A stretch of 64,000 nucleotides of DNA from Spirochaetaceae bacterium (GTDB taxonomy: Bacteria > Spirochaetota > Spirochaetia > PWKH01): positions 580 to 64,579 of the forward strand of contig PWKH01000084.1 in assembly GCA_003559765.1 (NCBI GenBank), written 5' to 3'. A program made the translations under genes and the position numbers. The notes beneath the pieces are model-generated. The model did no database searches. It saw only the letters and a program-made list of their open reading frames with translations, and was not told the DNA's origin. Shown piece by piece: positions 1-9,112 of this stretch. The stretch's first letter is position 1. The number at the start of each line of letters is the position of its first letter.

Positions 1-512
1 AGGATGAGGATACCCTTCAGGAAATCAGGCAGTACATGGCCCGTACGGCCAGAGGAGCGATAGAGGACTATTTTACAGATCATGCCAGATCCTTTACTGC
101 TGATGCAGAGGCCCAGGGATTCACCGAAGCTGCCCAGGAGGCAGGTCTGACCGTATATTCAACGGATTCCTTTCCGCTGAACTACGGCGGGTCCATGTTC
201 CTCGGCAGAATCAGCCAGGCTGACGACGGCGGAATTCTCGAAGGCATCTCCAATAATGAATACGCGCTTCAGAGCCTGTTCTCAGTCGATCAGGGAGAAA
301 TTACCCAGCCGATCACCGTGGGCAACAATATCGCCGTTGCAGTCTGCAGGGAAGTGGTCACCATAAGTGAAGCAGACCTCAGCCGGCTGAGCATGATCTA
401 TCCCTACTACATCGGAGAAATCCAGCAGGAAGAGTTCACCCGCAGCGTGCTGACTTCCGACAAGCTTGAGGAGAATTTTATGAACGTCTTTGTCGGACAA
501 ATCCTCCAGTGA
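1..512 (+). CDS. 3' end of a gene entering from upstream of the window; tentatively the C-terminal region of a PpiD/SurA-like periplasmic chaperone
   Basis: The frame of ORF 36..512 stays open back to base 3 (DEDTLQEIRQY precedes the first Met), so the listed Met is probably internal. Stop TGA is at 510-512, followed by a strong terminator. The product call rests only on weak resemblance to PpiD-type C-termini. Confidence 0.4.
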   Translation, partial: DEDTLQEIRQYMARTARGAIEDYFTDHARSFTADAEAQGFTEAAQEAGLTVYSTDSFPLNYGGSMFLGRISQADDGGILEGISNNEYALQSLFSVDQGEITQPITVGNNIAVAVCREVVTISEADLSRLSMIYPYYIGEIQQEEFTRSVLTSDKLEENFMNVFVGQILQ

Positions 513-527
513 GAAGTCCGACAGCAT

Positions 528-560
528 AAAAAAGAGGCTGCTTTCCGCAGCCTCTTTTTT
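528..560. terminator. Bidirectional rho-independent terminator between convergent genes
   Basis: Perfect stem GAGGCTGC (534-541) / GCAGCCTC (547-554) with a 5-nt loop, flanked by an A-run (528-533) and a T-run (555-560). It lies between the stop at 510-512 (+) and the lepA stop at 589-591 (-). Confidence 0.75.
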
Positions 561-588
561 ATGGGCAAAAGTGGTTATTACTGCACAG

Positions 589-2409
589 CTACTCGTCGTC
601 ATCTCCCTTGAGAACGGCGAGAAAGGCATTCTGAGGCACTTCCACGTTACCTACCATCTTCATCTTCTTCTTACCTTCCTTCTGCTTCTCCAGAAGCTTT
701 CTCTTCCGGGTAATATCTCCGCCGTAGCATTTGGATGTCACATCCTTGCGCAGTGCACTGATGGTCTCCCGGGCGACAACGTTGTTGCCCACAGCCCCCT
801 GGATCGGGATTTTGAACTGCTGCCGGGGAATCTCCTCTCTCAGTTTTTTACAGACCCTCCGTGCACGATAGGCGGCGTTGTCCCTGAACACGAGCTGGGA
901 CAGCGCATCTACAACATTTCCGTTCACCAGAATATCCAGACGCACCAGATGGGATTCCCGATAGCCGATTACTTCATAGTCAAATGAGGCGTATCCCCGG
1001 CTGAGACTTTTCATCCGGTCATAGAAATCAAAGAGCACCTCCGAGAGGGGCATGTCATAAATCAGCTCCACCCTGCGCTCATCAAGGTAGTGCATAGCTT
1101 CCTGAACTCCCCGCTTTTCCATACAGAGGGACATGATGTTTCCGAGATAATCTCCCGGAGTGATGATGCTCGCCCGTATATAGGGCTCCTCGGTGTACTC
1201 TATGGACATGGGATCGGGGTATTCCAAGGGATTGTCGACATCTTTGACTTCCCCGGTTTTCAGATGCACCTTGTACAGCACGGAAGGAGAAGTAAACACG
1301 ATGGACAGGCCGTACTCCCGCTCCAGCCGCTCCTGCACCACTTCGAGGTGGAGCATTCCGAGGAATCCGCATCGGAATCCGAAACCCAGAGCTGCTGAAT
1401 TATCCTTTTCATAGGTGAGGGATGCGTCATTGAGCCGCAGCTTATCGATCGCCCCGAGCAGTTCCTCGTAGTCGTTGGTGTCCACCGGATATATTGATGA
1501 GAACACCACCGGCTTTACTTCCTTGAAACCTGCAAGGGGTGTTTCACAGGGTTCATTCACATCGGTGATGGTATCGCCGATTTTTACATCAGATACCTCC
1601 TTGATTCCCGCTATGACATACCCTACTTCCCCTGCAGAAAGCACCTCCTTCGGGTGCGGTCCCAGCTGGAAATATCCGACTTCCTCTACCTTGTAGACAG
1701 ACCGGTTATGAAAGAACATGATTTCATCATTCTTCCTGATCTGGCCGTCAAACACCCGCATATAGACGATTACTCCGCGGTAGACGTCATACTGGGAATC
1801 GAAAATCAGGGCTTTCGGAGGGGCATCCAGGTTTCCCTTGGGCGGCGGAATAAACTCTACAATTTTTTCCAGCAGATCATCCACTCCTTCACCGGTTTTT
1901 CCGGAAACCAAAGCGGCAACTTCAGGGTCCAGTCCCAGATCATGGTCAATCTGATGCTTCACATCCTCGATATTCGCACTGGGCAGATCAATTTTGTTGA
2001 TCACCGGTATGATTTCGAGGTTGAGCTCCATGGCCATATACATGTTCGCCAAAGTCTGGGCTTCCACCCCCTGGGAGGCGTCAATAAGCAGCAGAGCTCC
2101 TTCGCATGATGATATAGCCCGGGAGACCTCATAGGAGAAATCCACATGCCCGGGGGTATCCACCAGATTCATCTCATACTGCTTTCCGTCGGAGGCCGTA
2201 TAGGGCATGGTGATCGGATGGGACTTAATGGTAATTCCCCGCTCCCGTTCGATATCCATGGAGTCAAGCATCTGGTCCATGAACTTCCGCTGTTCAACGA
2301 TCATAGCACGTTCGATGAACCGGTCCGCCAGGGTGGACTTCCCGTGGTCTATATGGGCAATAATGCAGAAATTTCGAGTCAGCTGTAAATCTTTTTTTTT
2401 CTTTTTCAT
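589..2409 (-). CDS. lepA: Elongation factor 4 (LepA)
   Basis: 606 aa. G1 motif AHIDHGKST and DTPGHVDF are present, and the sequence resembles a translational GTPase / LepA C-terminal region over its full length. Its start overlaps the ftsH stop by 4 nt (ATGA). Confidence 0.95.
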   Translation of the reverse strand: MKKKKKDLQLTRNFCIIAHIDHGKSTLADRFIERAMIVEQRKFMDQMLDSMDIERERGITIKSHPITMPYTASDGKQYEMNLVDTPGHVDFSYEVSRAISSCEGALLLIDASQGVEAQTLANMYMAMELNLEIIPVINKIDLPSANIEDVKHQIDHDLGLDPEVAALVSGKTGEGVDDLLEKIVEFIPPPKGNLDAPPKALIFDSQYDVYRGVIVYMRVFDGQIRKNDEIMFFHNRSVYKVEEVGYFQLGPHPKEVLSAGEVGYVIAGIKEVSDVKIGDTITDVNEPCETPLAGFKEVKPVVFSSIYPVDTNDYEELLGAIDKLRLNDASLTYEKDNSAALGFGFRCGFLGMLHLEVVQERLEREYGLSIVFTSPSVLYKVHLKTGEVKDVDNPLEYPDPMSIEYTEEPYIRASIITPGDYLGNIMSLCMEKRGVQEAMHYLDERRVELIYDMPLSEVLFDFYDRMKSLSRGYASFDYEVIGYRESHLVRLDILVNGNVVDALSQLVFRDNAAYRARRVCKKLREEIPRQQFKIPIQGAVGNNVVARETISALRKDVTSKCYGGDITRKRKLLEKQKEGKKKMKMVGNVEVPQNAFLAVLKGDDDE

Positions 2410-4295
2410 GAAAAATCCGTCGCTCGTTCCGCCGCATGAAATCCCAGAAGCTCCCGAATTTCCCGGTCATCCAGGGTCTCCCGTTCAATCAGCGCCTCGG
2501 TCAGTTTTTCAAGCTGTTCGCGATGCTTCTTGAGAATCTCCCTGGCCTCATTCAGGCAGCTTGTAAGAATCCGGGCTATCTCATTATCGATATGCCGGGC
2601 GGTATCTTCCGAATAGTCCTTATGCCGGGCGATCTCCTTGCCGATAAACACCGGTTGTTCCTCCTGGCCAAAGGAGACAAATCCGAGATCGCTCATTCCC
2701 CACTCAGTGACCATCCGCCGGGCGATGTTGGTTGCCTGCTTGATGTCATTGGATGTGCCGGTGGTAGTGTCCTGGTAGACCAGCTCTTCTGCTACATACC
2801 CGCCCATGGCCACCTTGATCCACGCAAGCAGCTGACCGCTCCGTTTGGTGTAGGCGTCCTTTTCAGGAAGGGAGAGGGTCACCCCCAGAGCCTGGCCGTG
2901 GGGGATGATAGTCACTTTATGAAGAGGGTCAACATGATCTACGTGGTAATGCATCAGGGCATGCCCCGCCTCATGATATGCGGTAGCACGCTTTTCCTCA
3001 GTGGTCATCACCTTGGACTGCCGGGCAATGCCAAGCAGCAGCTTATCCCGGGCCTGTTCAAAATGCTCCATCGACAGTTTTTCCTTCCCCGCCCGTGCTG
3101 AGAACAGCGCCGCCTCATTCACCAGGTTGGCCAGATCGGCCCCCGAAGTGCCGGGAGTGGCCCGGGCAATGCGGTGCAGATCTACGGTATCGTCAAGCTG
3201 CAGTTTGCTGCAGTGGATAGTTAAAATCGCCTCCCGTTCCTTCACGTCGGGCATATCGACCACCACCTGGCGATCAAATCGTCCCGGCCGCAGCAGTGCA
3301 GGATCAAGCACGTCAGGCCGGTTCGTTGCGGCAATGACGATCACGCCGGTCTTTGTTTCAAATCCGTCCATCTCCACCAGCAGTTGGTTCAGCGTCTGCT
3401 CCCGCTCATCGTGCCCGCCCCCGTAGCCGGCACCGCGGGTTCTTCCGACCGCATCAAGCTCATCGATAAAAATAATGCACGGAGCACTTTTACGTCCCAT
3501 ATCGAACAGATCTCTTACGCGGCTTGCCCCGACGCCGACAAACATTTCAACAAAGTCTGACCCGGACATATGCAGGAAGGATACTCCCGCCTCTCCGGCT
3601 ACAGCCTTTGCCAGCAGAGTCTTTCCGGTGCCGGGCATGCCCACCAGCATAATCCCCTTGGGAATCTTGGCACCCACCTTGACAAACCGGTCGGGACTCT
3701 TGAGAAAGTCCACTACCTCCTCAAGCTCATACTTTGCTTCCGTCTGTCCTGCCACGTCCTTGAAGGTGATCTTTACGTCATCCTCCTTGTACTCCTTGGC
3801 CTTGCTCTTTCCGAAGGAAAAGGCCTTGTTTCCCGATCCCTGCATCTGTCGGTACATGAACCAGAAAAAGAAGATAAATATTCCCCAGGGAAGAATCTCC
3901 AAAAGAATTCTAAACGGGGATGTACCGCGCACGCTTCCGGAGAGAACTACTCCCCGTTCCTTGAGATTCGCCAGCAGCTGTTCGTCATAATAGGGAATCA
4001 TGCTCCTGTACCGGGTTTCGGCCTGATCGCGCAGAATGAAATAGACTTCATCTTCATCCATGATTTCTGCTGATTCCACCTGGCCTGATTCCAGATAATT
4101 GAGGAACGTCGAATAGGGAACCTCCTGCACCCCGGCCTCACCGTTTGAAACGAGGATCACAGAAAACATGATGATCAGAGAAAGGAGGAAGAACAGAGCA
4201 AACCGGTTCTTGCCGAAATCAAAGCGGGGTCCTTGATTCTGCGGGTCATTTCCTTTCTGTTTATTCTTATCCTGATTGTTATTGTTAAAATTCAA
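2406..4295 (-). CDS. ftsH: ATP-dependent zinc metalloprotease FtsH
   Basis: 629 aa. N-terminal TM segments, Walker A GMPGTGKT, Walker [10 protein letters not shown], and zinc motif HEAGHAL. Confidence 0.95.
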   Translation of the reverse strand: MNFNNNNQDKNKQKGNDPQNQGPRFDFGKNRFALFFLLSLIIMFSVILVSNGEAGVQEVPYSTFLNYLESGQVESAEIMDEDEVYFILRDQAETRYRSMIPYYDEQLLANLKERGVVLSGSVRGTSPFRILLEILPWGIFIFFFWFMYRQMQGSGNKAFSFGKSKAKEYKEDDVKITFKDVAGQTEAKYELEEVVDFLKSPDRFVKVGAKIPKGIMLVGMPGTGKTLLAKAVAGEAGVSFLHMSGSDFVEMFVGVGASRVRDLFDMGRKSAPCIIFIDELDAVGRTRGAGYGGGHDEREQTLNQLLVEMDGFETKTGVIVIAATNRPDVLDPALLRPGRFDRQVVVDMPDVKEREAILTIHCSKLQLDDTVDLHRIARATPGTSGADLANLVNEAALFSARAGKEKLSMEHFEQARDKLLLGIARQSKVMTTEEKRATAYHEAGHALMHYHVDHVDPLHKVTIIPHGQALGVTLSLPEKDAYTKRSGQLLAWIKVAMGGYVAEELVYQDTTTGTSNDIKQATNIARRMVTEWGMSDLGFVSFGQEEQPVFIGKEIARHKDYSEDTARHIDNEIARILTSCLNEAREILKKHREQLEKLTEALIERETLDDREIRELLGFHAAERATDFS

Positions 4296-5707
4296 CCTTC
4301 ACTCCCTAATATTTCGAGGGAACAGAGCAGATACCGCTCGTCCTCCCGTATCGTTCTGGTATGCACCGCCGCTGCGCGGTCATAGTATCCCAGGGCCGCA
4401 CCAAGCACAGCCTGTATTCCCTTCCTGTCTTCTATCACCGGAATCATCCAGCGCTGATGCCTCGGCACCTTCCAGTCGGAAAGCAGCTTTCCCAGGGACT
4501 TGCTCCCCCCGGTTGAGACCATCACATCCCCTTCCTTTGAGGAGCGCACCAGTATCGGCGGAGAAAGTTCATGATCGATAAGCCCCAGCGTATCGGGGGT
4601 AAACCGGTCACTTTCTCTGACGCAAAGATATACCCCGTCATATAATAGCGTATCTCGGGCAGTTACAGCCTTAAGATACCCCTTTTTTTCTTTCTGGGCA
4701 ACTGTTCTGCTCCAAAAAACCCGATCTCCCTTGACTTCGATGGTGCTTTGGAACACATCAAAGACGGGAGTTCTGGATGCTGCCGATTCCTCCTGTCTGC
4801 ACCAGAGCAGAAACGCCCTGATCGAATCGAAGGGAAGCTGGCTTTCCTGCGGAGCGACAAAGCGGTTCCAGCAGGCATACAGGTGCATCATCCGCTGGTA
4901 GGCAGTCAGGGCGGTAAACCGCTTAAGGGAAAACTCCGCTGTTCCCCGGGCGCTGTCACCGGTCACCGGCAGGGAATCCTGATCATACTCCAGGGACGCT
5001 TCTGCCCATTCCATCTTCTCCCGCAGCGCCTCAACTGCCCGTCGGCAGCCGGGAAACACTGTTTCTATCTGCGGCATAAGCTCCCTCAGCTGATTTCTCC
5101 GGTAGATACCGGTCCGGTTGGTGGAATCATCACAGAAGGGAACCTTGGCGGTCTCCAGAAAATTCATCAGCCTGGACTTTGGAATACCAAGCAGGGGGCG
5201 GTAATAAGGATCCCGCTGCTCCGGAATGCCGGTAAGACCTTCGATCCCGCTTCCGCTGAACACCCGCATGATAACCGTTTCAATCTGATCGTCCAGTGTA
5301 TGGGCAGTAAGCACTGCGCCTCCGGCTGCATACTCAAGGAGCATTTCATACCGCAGCTGCCGGGCTGCCTCTTCAGTGCTCAGCCGGTGTTTCTGAGCAT
5401 GCTGATACACAGTCTGTTCGCCGAGGTCTGCGATGGTAAGAGGAATGCCGCGGCGCCGGCAGTATTCGGTAATATCGCTGATTTCCCCTTCAAGCTCGGC
5501 GGTGGAACGCAGGTGATGATTCACATAGATCGCTTCCACCCTGCGGCTGAGCTGTCCGCTTTCGGCGGCTCTGACCAGCAGCTCCAGCAGTGCGGTGGAA
5601 TCAGGCCCGCCGGAAAATGCCGCAACAAGGGCTCGGTCCGGATCCAGTGCGTATGAACTGATCCGTTCAGTTATCTGCGTGATGAGCTTCTTTTCGATTG
5701 TACTCAT
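4292..5707 (-). CDS. tilS: tRNA(Ile)-lysidine synthetase
   Basis: 471 aa with the PP-loop motif AFSGGPDSTALL near the N-terminus. Its 4-nt stop/start overlap with ftsH suggests coupling. The start overlaps the pth 3' end by 41 nt, and no alternative Met is available. Confidence 0.88.
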   Translation of the reverse strand: MSTIEKKLITQITERISSYALDPDRALVAAFSGGPDSTALLELLVRAAESGQLSRRVEAIYVNHHLRSTAELEGEISDITEYCRRRGIPLTIADLGEQTVYQHAQKHRLSTEEAARQLRYEMLLEYAAGGAVLTAHTLDDQIETVIMRVFSGSGIEGLTGIPEQRDPYYRPLLGIPKSRLMNFLETAKVPFCDDSTNRTGIYRRNQLRELMPQIETVFPGCRRAVEALREKMEWAEASLEYDQDSLPVTGDSARGTAEFSLKRFTALTAYQRMMHLYACWNRFVAPQESQLPFDSIRAFLLWCRQEESAASRTPVFDVFQSTIEVKGDRVFWSRTVAQKEKKGYLKAVTARDTLLYDGVYLCVRESDRFTPDTLGLIDHELSPPILVRSSKEGDVMVSTGGSKSLGKLLSDWKVPRHQRWMIPVIEDRKGIQAVLGAALGYYDRAAAVHTRTIREDERYLLCSLEILGSEG

Positions 5708-6257
5708 TCATTACCCTCTCAAGCGGTTCATGCATGAGTGCAAGGGCAGCCTCGCCCCCGCGGCGGATTCCCCGCTGCATCGCAGTTTCATCCTCAAAAG
5801 CTCCCAGTACATGATCCACCACCGACACCTCTTCGGCGGGTCTGCCGATACCGATATAGACCCGAAGGAAATCACTGCTGCCGATTTCCTGCTGCACAGA
5901 AGCGATACCCCGGTGGCCGGCAGTCCCTCCACCGCATCTCACCCGGACCGTCCCGGGCTGCAGATCCATGTTATCACAGATGACGACCAAGGACTCGGCG
6001 GATATACGGTAGGAACTCATCAGTTTCGGCAGAATGACGCCGGAGCGGTTCATATAGGTGAGAGGCTTTACCATCACGCAGAGTCTGTCGGAGACGGCAG
6101 TCTTTCCAATCTCATATTGACGAAAGAACGGTTTTCTGAGCCTCATCTGCAGGATCTCTGCTGCCGCATCAACAGAGAGAAACCCGACATTGTGCCGGGT
6201 TTTCTCATAGTTCGCTCCGGGATTTCCCAAGCCGACAATAAGAATTGGAGATATCAC
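5667..6257 (-). CDS. pth: Peptidyl-tRNA hydrolase
   Basis: 196 aa. The N-terminus LIVGLGNPGANYEKTRHNVGF is the canonical Pth signature. It directly abuts the rplY stop. Confidence 0.93.
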   Translation of the reverse strand: MISPILIVGLGNPGANYEKTRHNVGFLSVDAAAEILQMRLRKPFFRQYEIGKTAVSDRLCVMVKPLTYMNRSGVILPKLMSSYRISAESLVVICDNMDLQPGTVRVRCGGGTAGHRGIASVQQEIGSSDFLRVYIGIGRPAEEVSVVDHVLGAFEDETAMQRGIRRGGEAALALMHEPLERVMNEYNRKEAHHADN

Positions 6258-6899
6258 TTACTCGTCTTCTTCAGCAGCTTCTTCTTTCGCTTCTCCGATC
6301 ACTTCAGGCTCGGAAGATACTTCCTCTGCACCTTCTTCCTCTTCAACCTCAGCTCTCGGAGCAGTGATCGTCACCAGGGTATATTCCGGGTCGGTTATCA
6401 GGCGAACTCCCTCGGGAATCTCAAGGGCTTCCACATGAAGGCTTTCACCCATATCGAGATTCGAAATATCGAGGGTGAACTGCTCGGGGATATCCTTGGG
6501 AGTACATTCAACTTCAACTTCATGCAGAGTCTGTTCCAGCAGACCTCCCTCTTTGACTCCCTTCGCATCTCCTTCAAGATGTACCGGAATGTTGGTGCGC
6601 AGCAGCTTGCCCTGCTCAACTTCGTAGAAGTCCAAGTGCACCATGTAGTTTTTCAGGTGGTTCTCCTGATAATCCTTGATCAGCACATCATGCTTCTTTC
6701 TGCTGATCTTGATGGTAATAAGGGTATTCTCGGAGATATGATGAAATTTTCTGTCGAACTCTTTCGCCTCGATATATACGGGCTTGCTTTCGTTTTTTCC
6801 GTAGATAACCGCAGGGATCATGCCGTCCCTTCTGAGCTGTTTTGTCGCTCCCTTACGGAGATCCTTTCGATCATATCCCACCAGCGTTTTTTCACTCAT
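6258..6899 (-). CDS. rplY: 50S ribosomal protein L25 / general stress protein Ctc form, with an acidic C-terminal tail
   Basis: The ORF track gives 6258..7061, but its first 54 codons run through the tRNA gene. Met55 (ATG at 6899) is preceded by AAGGAG and starts MSEKTLVGYDRKDLRKGATKQLRRDGMIPAVIYG, typical of L25. Confidence 0.9.
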   Translation of the reverse strand: MSEKTLVGYDRKDLRKGATKQLRRDGMIPAVIYGKNESKPVYIEAKEFDRKFHHISENTLITIKISRKKHDVLIKDYQENHLKNYMVHLDFYEVEQGKLLRTNIPVHLEGDAKGVKEGGLLEQTLHEVEVECTPKDIPEQFTLDISNLDMGESLHVEALEIPEGVRLITDPEYTLVTITAPRAEVEEEEGAEEVSSEPEVIGEAKEEAAEEDE

Positions 6900-6962
6900 G
6901 GAAAAACTCCTTTCTGTACGTTTACAACTGCATACCTGACCCGCAGTCAGAAACAATCGGTT

Positions 6963-7034
6963 CTGGGGCGGCAGGATTCGAACCTGCGATCCCGGCACCA
7001 AAAACCGGTGTCTTAACCGCTTGACGACGCCCCA
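6963..7034 (-). tRNA. tRNA-Gln (anticodon UUG)
   Basis: Hand-folded cloverleaf of 72 nt. It has a 7-bp acceptor stem (UGGGGCG/CGCCCCA), a 3-bp D stem with an AGCGGUUAA loop, and anticodon stem CCGGU/GCCGG with loop UUUUGGU. The T arm is GCAGG-UUCGAAU-CCUGC and the discriminator is G. CCA is not encoded. Confidence 0.9.
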
Positions 7035-7094
7035 ATACACCACTGCACAAGGTGTAGGCACCTACTGAGTACAGAGGCATTACGCATTTGCAAG

Positions 7095-7121
7095 ATTATA
7101 CATTTTTTGGGAATGTGTCCA
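7095..7121 (-). promoter_or_regulatory. Candidate sigma-70-type promoter for tRNA-Gln and the downstream rplY operon
   Basis: On the minus strand, TGGACA (7121-7116) and a perfect TATAAT (7100-7095) are separated by only 15 nt. That short spacer is why confidence is low. Confidence 0.3.
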
Positions 7122-7168
7122 GAGCGCAGCCGGAAAATCTCATGAACCTTCCGGGCTTTCTGCTGCTG

Positions 7169-7450
7169 CTACGCTTCCCTCTCCCCCTCCGGCGAGTCCG
7201 GTGCTTTCCGATACTCCTCGAGAATCCGCTCCTGCAGTGTACCACGAAAATCAGAATTGATTGGATGGGCTACATCTTTGTATTCTCCGCTTTTTGTCTT
7301 TCTGCTCGGCATAGCGATAAATGCACCATTTTTCCCTTCGATCACTTTCACGTTATGAACAACAAATTCGTTGTCAAAGGTGACAGTCACATACGCCTTG
7401 AGCTTCCCGTCAGTATCAACCTTTCGCACGCGGATATCAGTAATTTCCAT
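7169..7450 (-). CDS. spoVG: Septation / regulatory protein SpoVG
   Basis: Start moved to [11 protein letters not shown] (ATG at 7450, with GGAGG 6 nt upstream). The sequence ITDIRVRK...[33 protein letters not shown] is the SpoVG signature. Confidence 0.9.
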   Translation of the reverse strand: MEITDIRVRKVDTDGKLKAYVTVTFDNEFVVHNVKVIEGKNGAFIAMPSRKTKSGEYKDVAHPINSDFRGTLQERILEEYRKAPDSPEGEREA

Positions 7451-7485
7451 CGGTCCCCTCCATGATTGCAGCAATAAATACGCAC

Positions 7486-8394
7486 CTATGGGTTATTGTA
7501 AACCGCAAATGGGCTCTTAGCAAGCATTTTTACACATTGTGCCCAATAGCTTTGCTCAGAAGCGGCAAAACAGCACTGCTGTGCAGTCCGGAATTCGGAA
7601 AAATACCCTACCACCGATCCTCCGCTGCCGCTGAGGAGGGTAAAATCGCTCCCCCACCGCTGAAACAGGGCATCTATCTGCTCGTACTCCCCCCAATGCT
7701 CCGCTACCAGAGGCTGGAAAGAGTTGAAGAACTCCCACCGGTCAGGGGCATCATGGACATACTGTCTGATACATTCCTCCCTGGATATCCGGTAGGCATG
7801 GAACTCAGGCCGCTGTCTGGTGAGATCAAGTTCGCAGTAGGCCCAGGGCGTGGATACATGAATACCCGGGAATATGATAACCCCGTAGAGCTGGGGGATC
7901 GGTTCAATGGGACTGAGCACCTCTCCGGTTCCTTCGACACATGCCGCGGCACTCCCGCCCAGGAAAAAGGGCACGTCGCTACCGATATGCCGTGCCAGTT
8001 CCTGGAGCCTGCTGCGGCCCAGGGGGCGTCCGTAGATTTCATTGAGCCCGTGAAGCACCGCTGCTGCATCGGAGGATCCTCCCCCCAGCCCTGCTCCCGG
8101 GGGAATGCGTTTTTTCAGGTGCATGCTGCACCCCGCAGCCTTTCCGGAAGCACTGGTGAACACCTCATAAGCCCGCAGAAGGGTGTTATCCTCCGGGAGC
8201 TCAAGATCGCTGCAGGTTACATCACATTCTCCTGTAGCGGAAGTCAGGGCCACAGTAATCTCGTCGAAGAGATCCACCATCTGAAACACCGACCGAAGTT
8301 CATGAAACCGGCTGGGCAGCCTCGATCCGATTTCCAGATGCACATTAATTTTTGCGGGTGCACACACAGTTATTGAAGAATCCATAACAAACAA
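7486..8394 (-). CDS. ispE: 4-diphosphocytidyl-2-C-methyl-D-erythritol kinase
   Basis: 302 aa. N-terminal [11 protein letters not shown] and the GHMP kinase motif [17 protein letters not shown] are present. The start could also be Met4. Confidence 0.9.
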   Translation of the reverse strand: MFVMDSSITVCAPAKINVHLEIGSRLPSRFHELRSVFQMVDLFDEITVALTSATGECDVTCSDLELPEDNTLLRAYEVFTSASGKAAGCSMHLKKRIPPGAGLGGGSSDAAAVLHGLNEIYGRPLGRSRLQELARHIGSDVPFFLGGSAAACVEGTGEVLSPIEPIPQLYGVIIFPGIHVSTPWAYCELDLTRQRPEFHAYRISREECIRQYVHDAPDRWEFFNSFQPLVAEHWGEYEQIDALFQRWGSDFTLLSGSGGSVVGYFSEFRTAQQCCFAASEQSYWAQCVKMLAKSPFAVYNNP

Positions 8395-8446
8395 GCTTAG
8401 TGAAAAATGCGGGGACTGTCAATTTTCCGAAAGATGGGAAAGTGTA

Positions 8447-8476
8447 TTGACAATACCGAATCACTCTCACTAAGAT
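8447..8476 (+). promoter_or_regulatory. Candidate sigma-70-type promoter for the acidic-protein gene
   Basis: TTGACA (8447-8452), an 18-nt spacer, then TAAGAT (8471-8476). It lies about 20 nt upstream of the AGGAGG ribosome-binding site and ATG 8496. Confidence 0.45.
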
Positions 8477-8495
8477 ATGTATCTAGGAGGGGACT

Positions 8496-8762
8496 ATGAA
8501 CCTGTACGAAGAAGATGAACCACTGGAAGAAGAATTCTTTGACGAAGAGGATGACCTTGAGAAAGACTTTGAGGAATACCCCCTGGAGTATGATGATGAG
8601 CTGCAGGATGATTTCGACGGGCCCTTTGAAGAAGAACTGATCACCGACGAACTTGACGAAACCTACCTGAACGAAGAAGGGTTCTTTATCGAAGAGGATG
8701 ATGTAGAGGATTCAGCTGAAGATGTTGCCTTTGATCTGCTGGACGATCAGGACGACATATAG
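8496..8762 (+). CDS. Hyper-acidic small protein of unknown function (88 aa)
   Basis: AGGAGG sits 6 nt upstream of the ATG and a promoter-like element is present. By hand count there are 45 D/E in 88 residues and a single basic residue. It has an internal repeat EEEFFDEEDDLE / EEGFFIEEDDVE. Its 3' end overlaps the convergent rsfS by 16 nt. Confidence 0.6.
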   Translation: MNLYEEDEPLEEEFFDEEDDLEKDFEEYPLEYDDELQDDFDGPFEEELITDELDETYLNEEGFFIEEDDVEDSAEDVAFDLLDDQDDI

Positions 8763-9112
8763 GGAACCTGCGTGCCGGCGTACCACAGGTGCTCCAGGTC
8801 ATAAAATTCCCGGTATTCCTGCGACATGAGATGAATAATCATATCTCCGCAGTCGATAAGTTCCCATCCCTCATCGGCATCGCCTTTTTTTCCGTGAGAA
8901 AGAGAAATTCCGTATTCAGGCAGAAATGACCGAAGCTCCCTGATAAGCCCGCGCATATGCGCGGCGCTTCTGACCGTAGTGATGAGAAAATAGTCGGTCC
9001 AGCCGCTTGTCTGAGATACATCGAGCAGCACCGTCTGCTCACCCTTATGGTCCGACAGAAATTGTGCCGTCTTCACTGCCGCCTGCAGCTTCTCCTCTGC
9101 GCTCATACCCAT
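8747..9112 (-). CDS. rsfS: Ribosome silencing factor RsfS (iojap family)
   Basis: 121 aa. DYFLITTVRSAAHMRGL ... WELIDCGDMIIHLM ... REFYDLEHLW matches the RsfS/iojap pattern. It occupies the conserved position after nadD-yqeK. Confidence 0.9.
   Translation of the reverse strand: MGMSAEEKLQAAVKTAQFLSDHKGEQTVLLDVSQTSGWTDYFLITTVRSAAHMRGLIRELRSFLPEYGISLSHGKKGDADEGWELIDCGDMIIHLMSQEYREFYDLEHLWYAGTQVPYMSS

Noticed and set aside
3666-3681. TGGCACCCACCTTGA on the plus strand inside ftsH.
   Set aside because: It is antisense within a coding region, its -12 element is TTGA rather than TTGC, and there is no downstream gene.
5595-7016. 473-aa plus-strand ORF spanning pth, rplY and part of the tRNA.
   Set aside because: It lies antisense to two confidently identified genes, has no recognisable motifs and has a composition typical of off-frame translation of GC-rich coding DNA. 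The same reasoning applies to 7462..8376, 14313..15371, 15986..16738, 21687..22478, 49173..49886 and 57008..57847.
6900-7061. N-terminal extension of the L25 ORF back to 7061.
   Set aside because: The extension reads through the tRNA-Gln gene. An internal Met with an AAGGAG ribosome-binding site gives a canonical L25 N-terminus.
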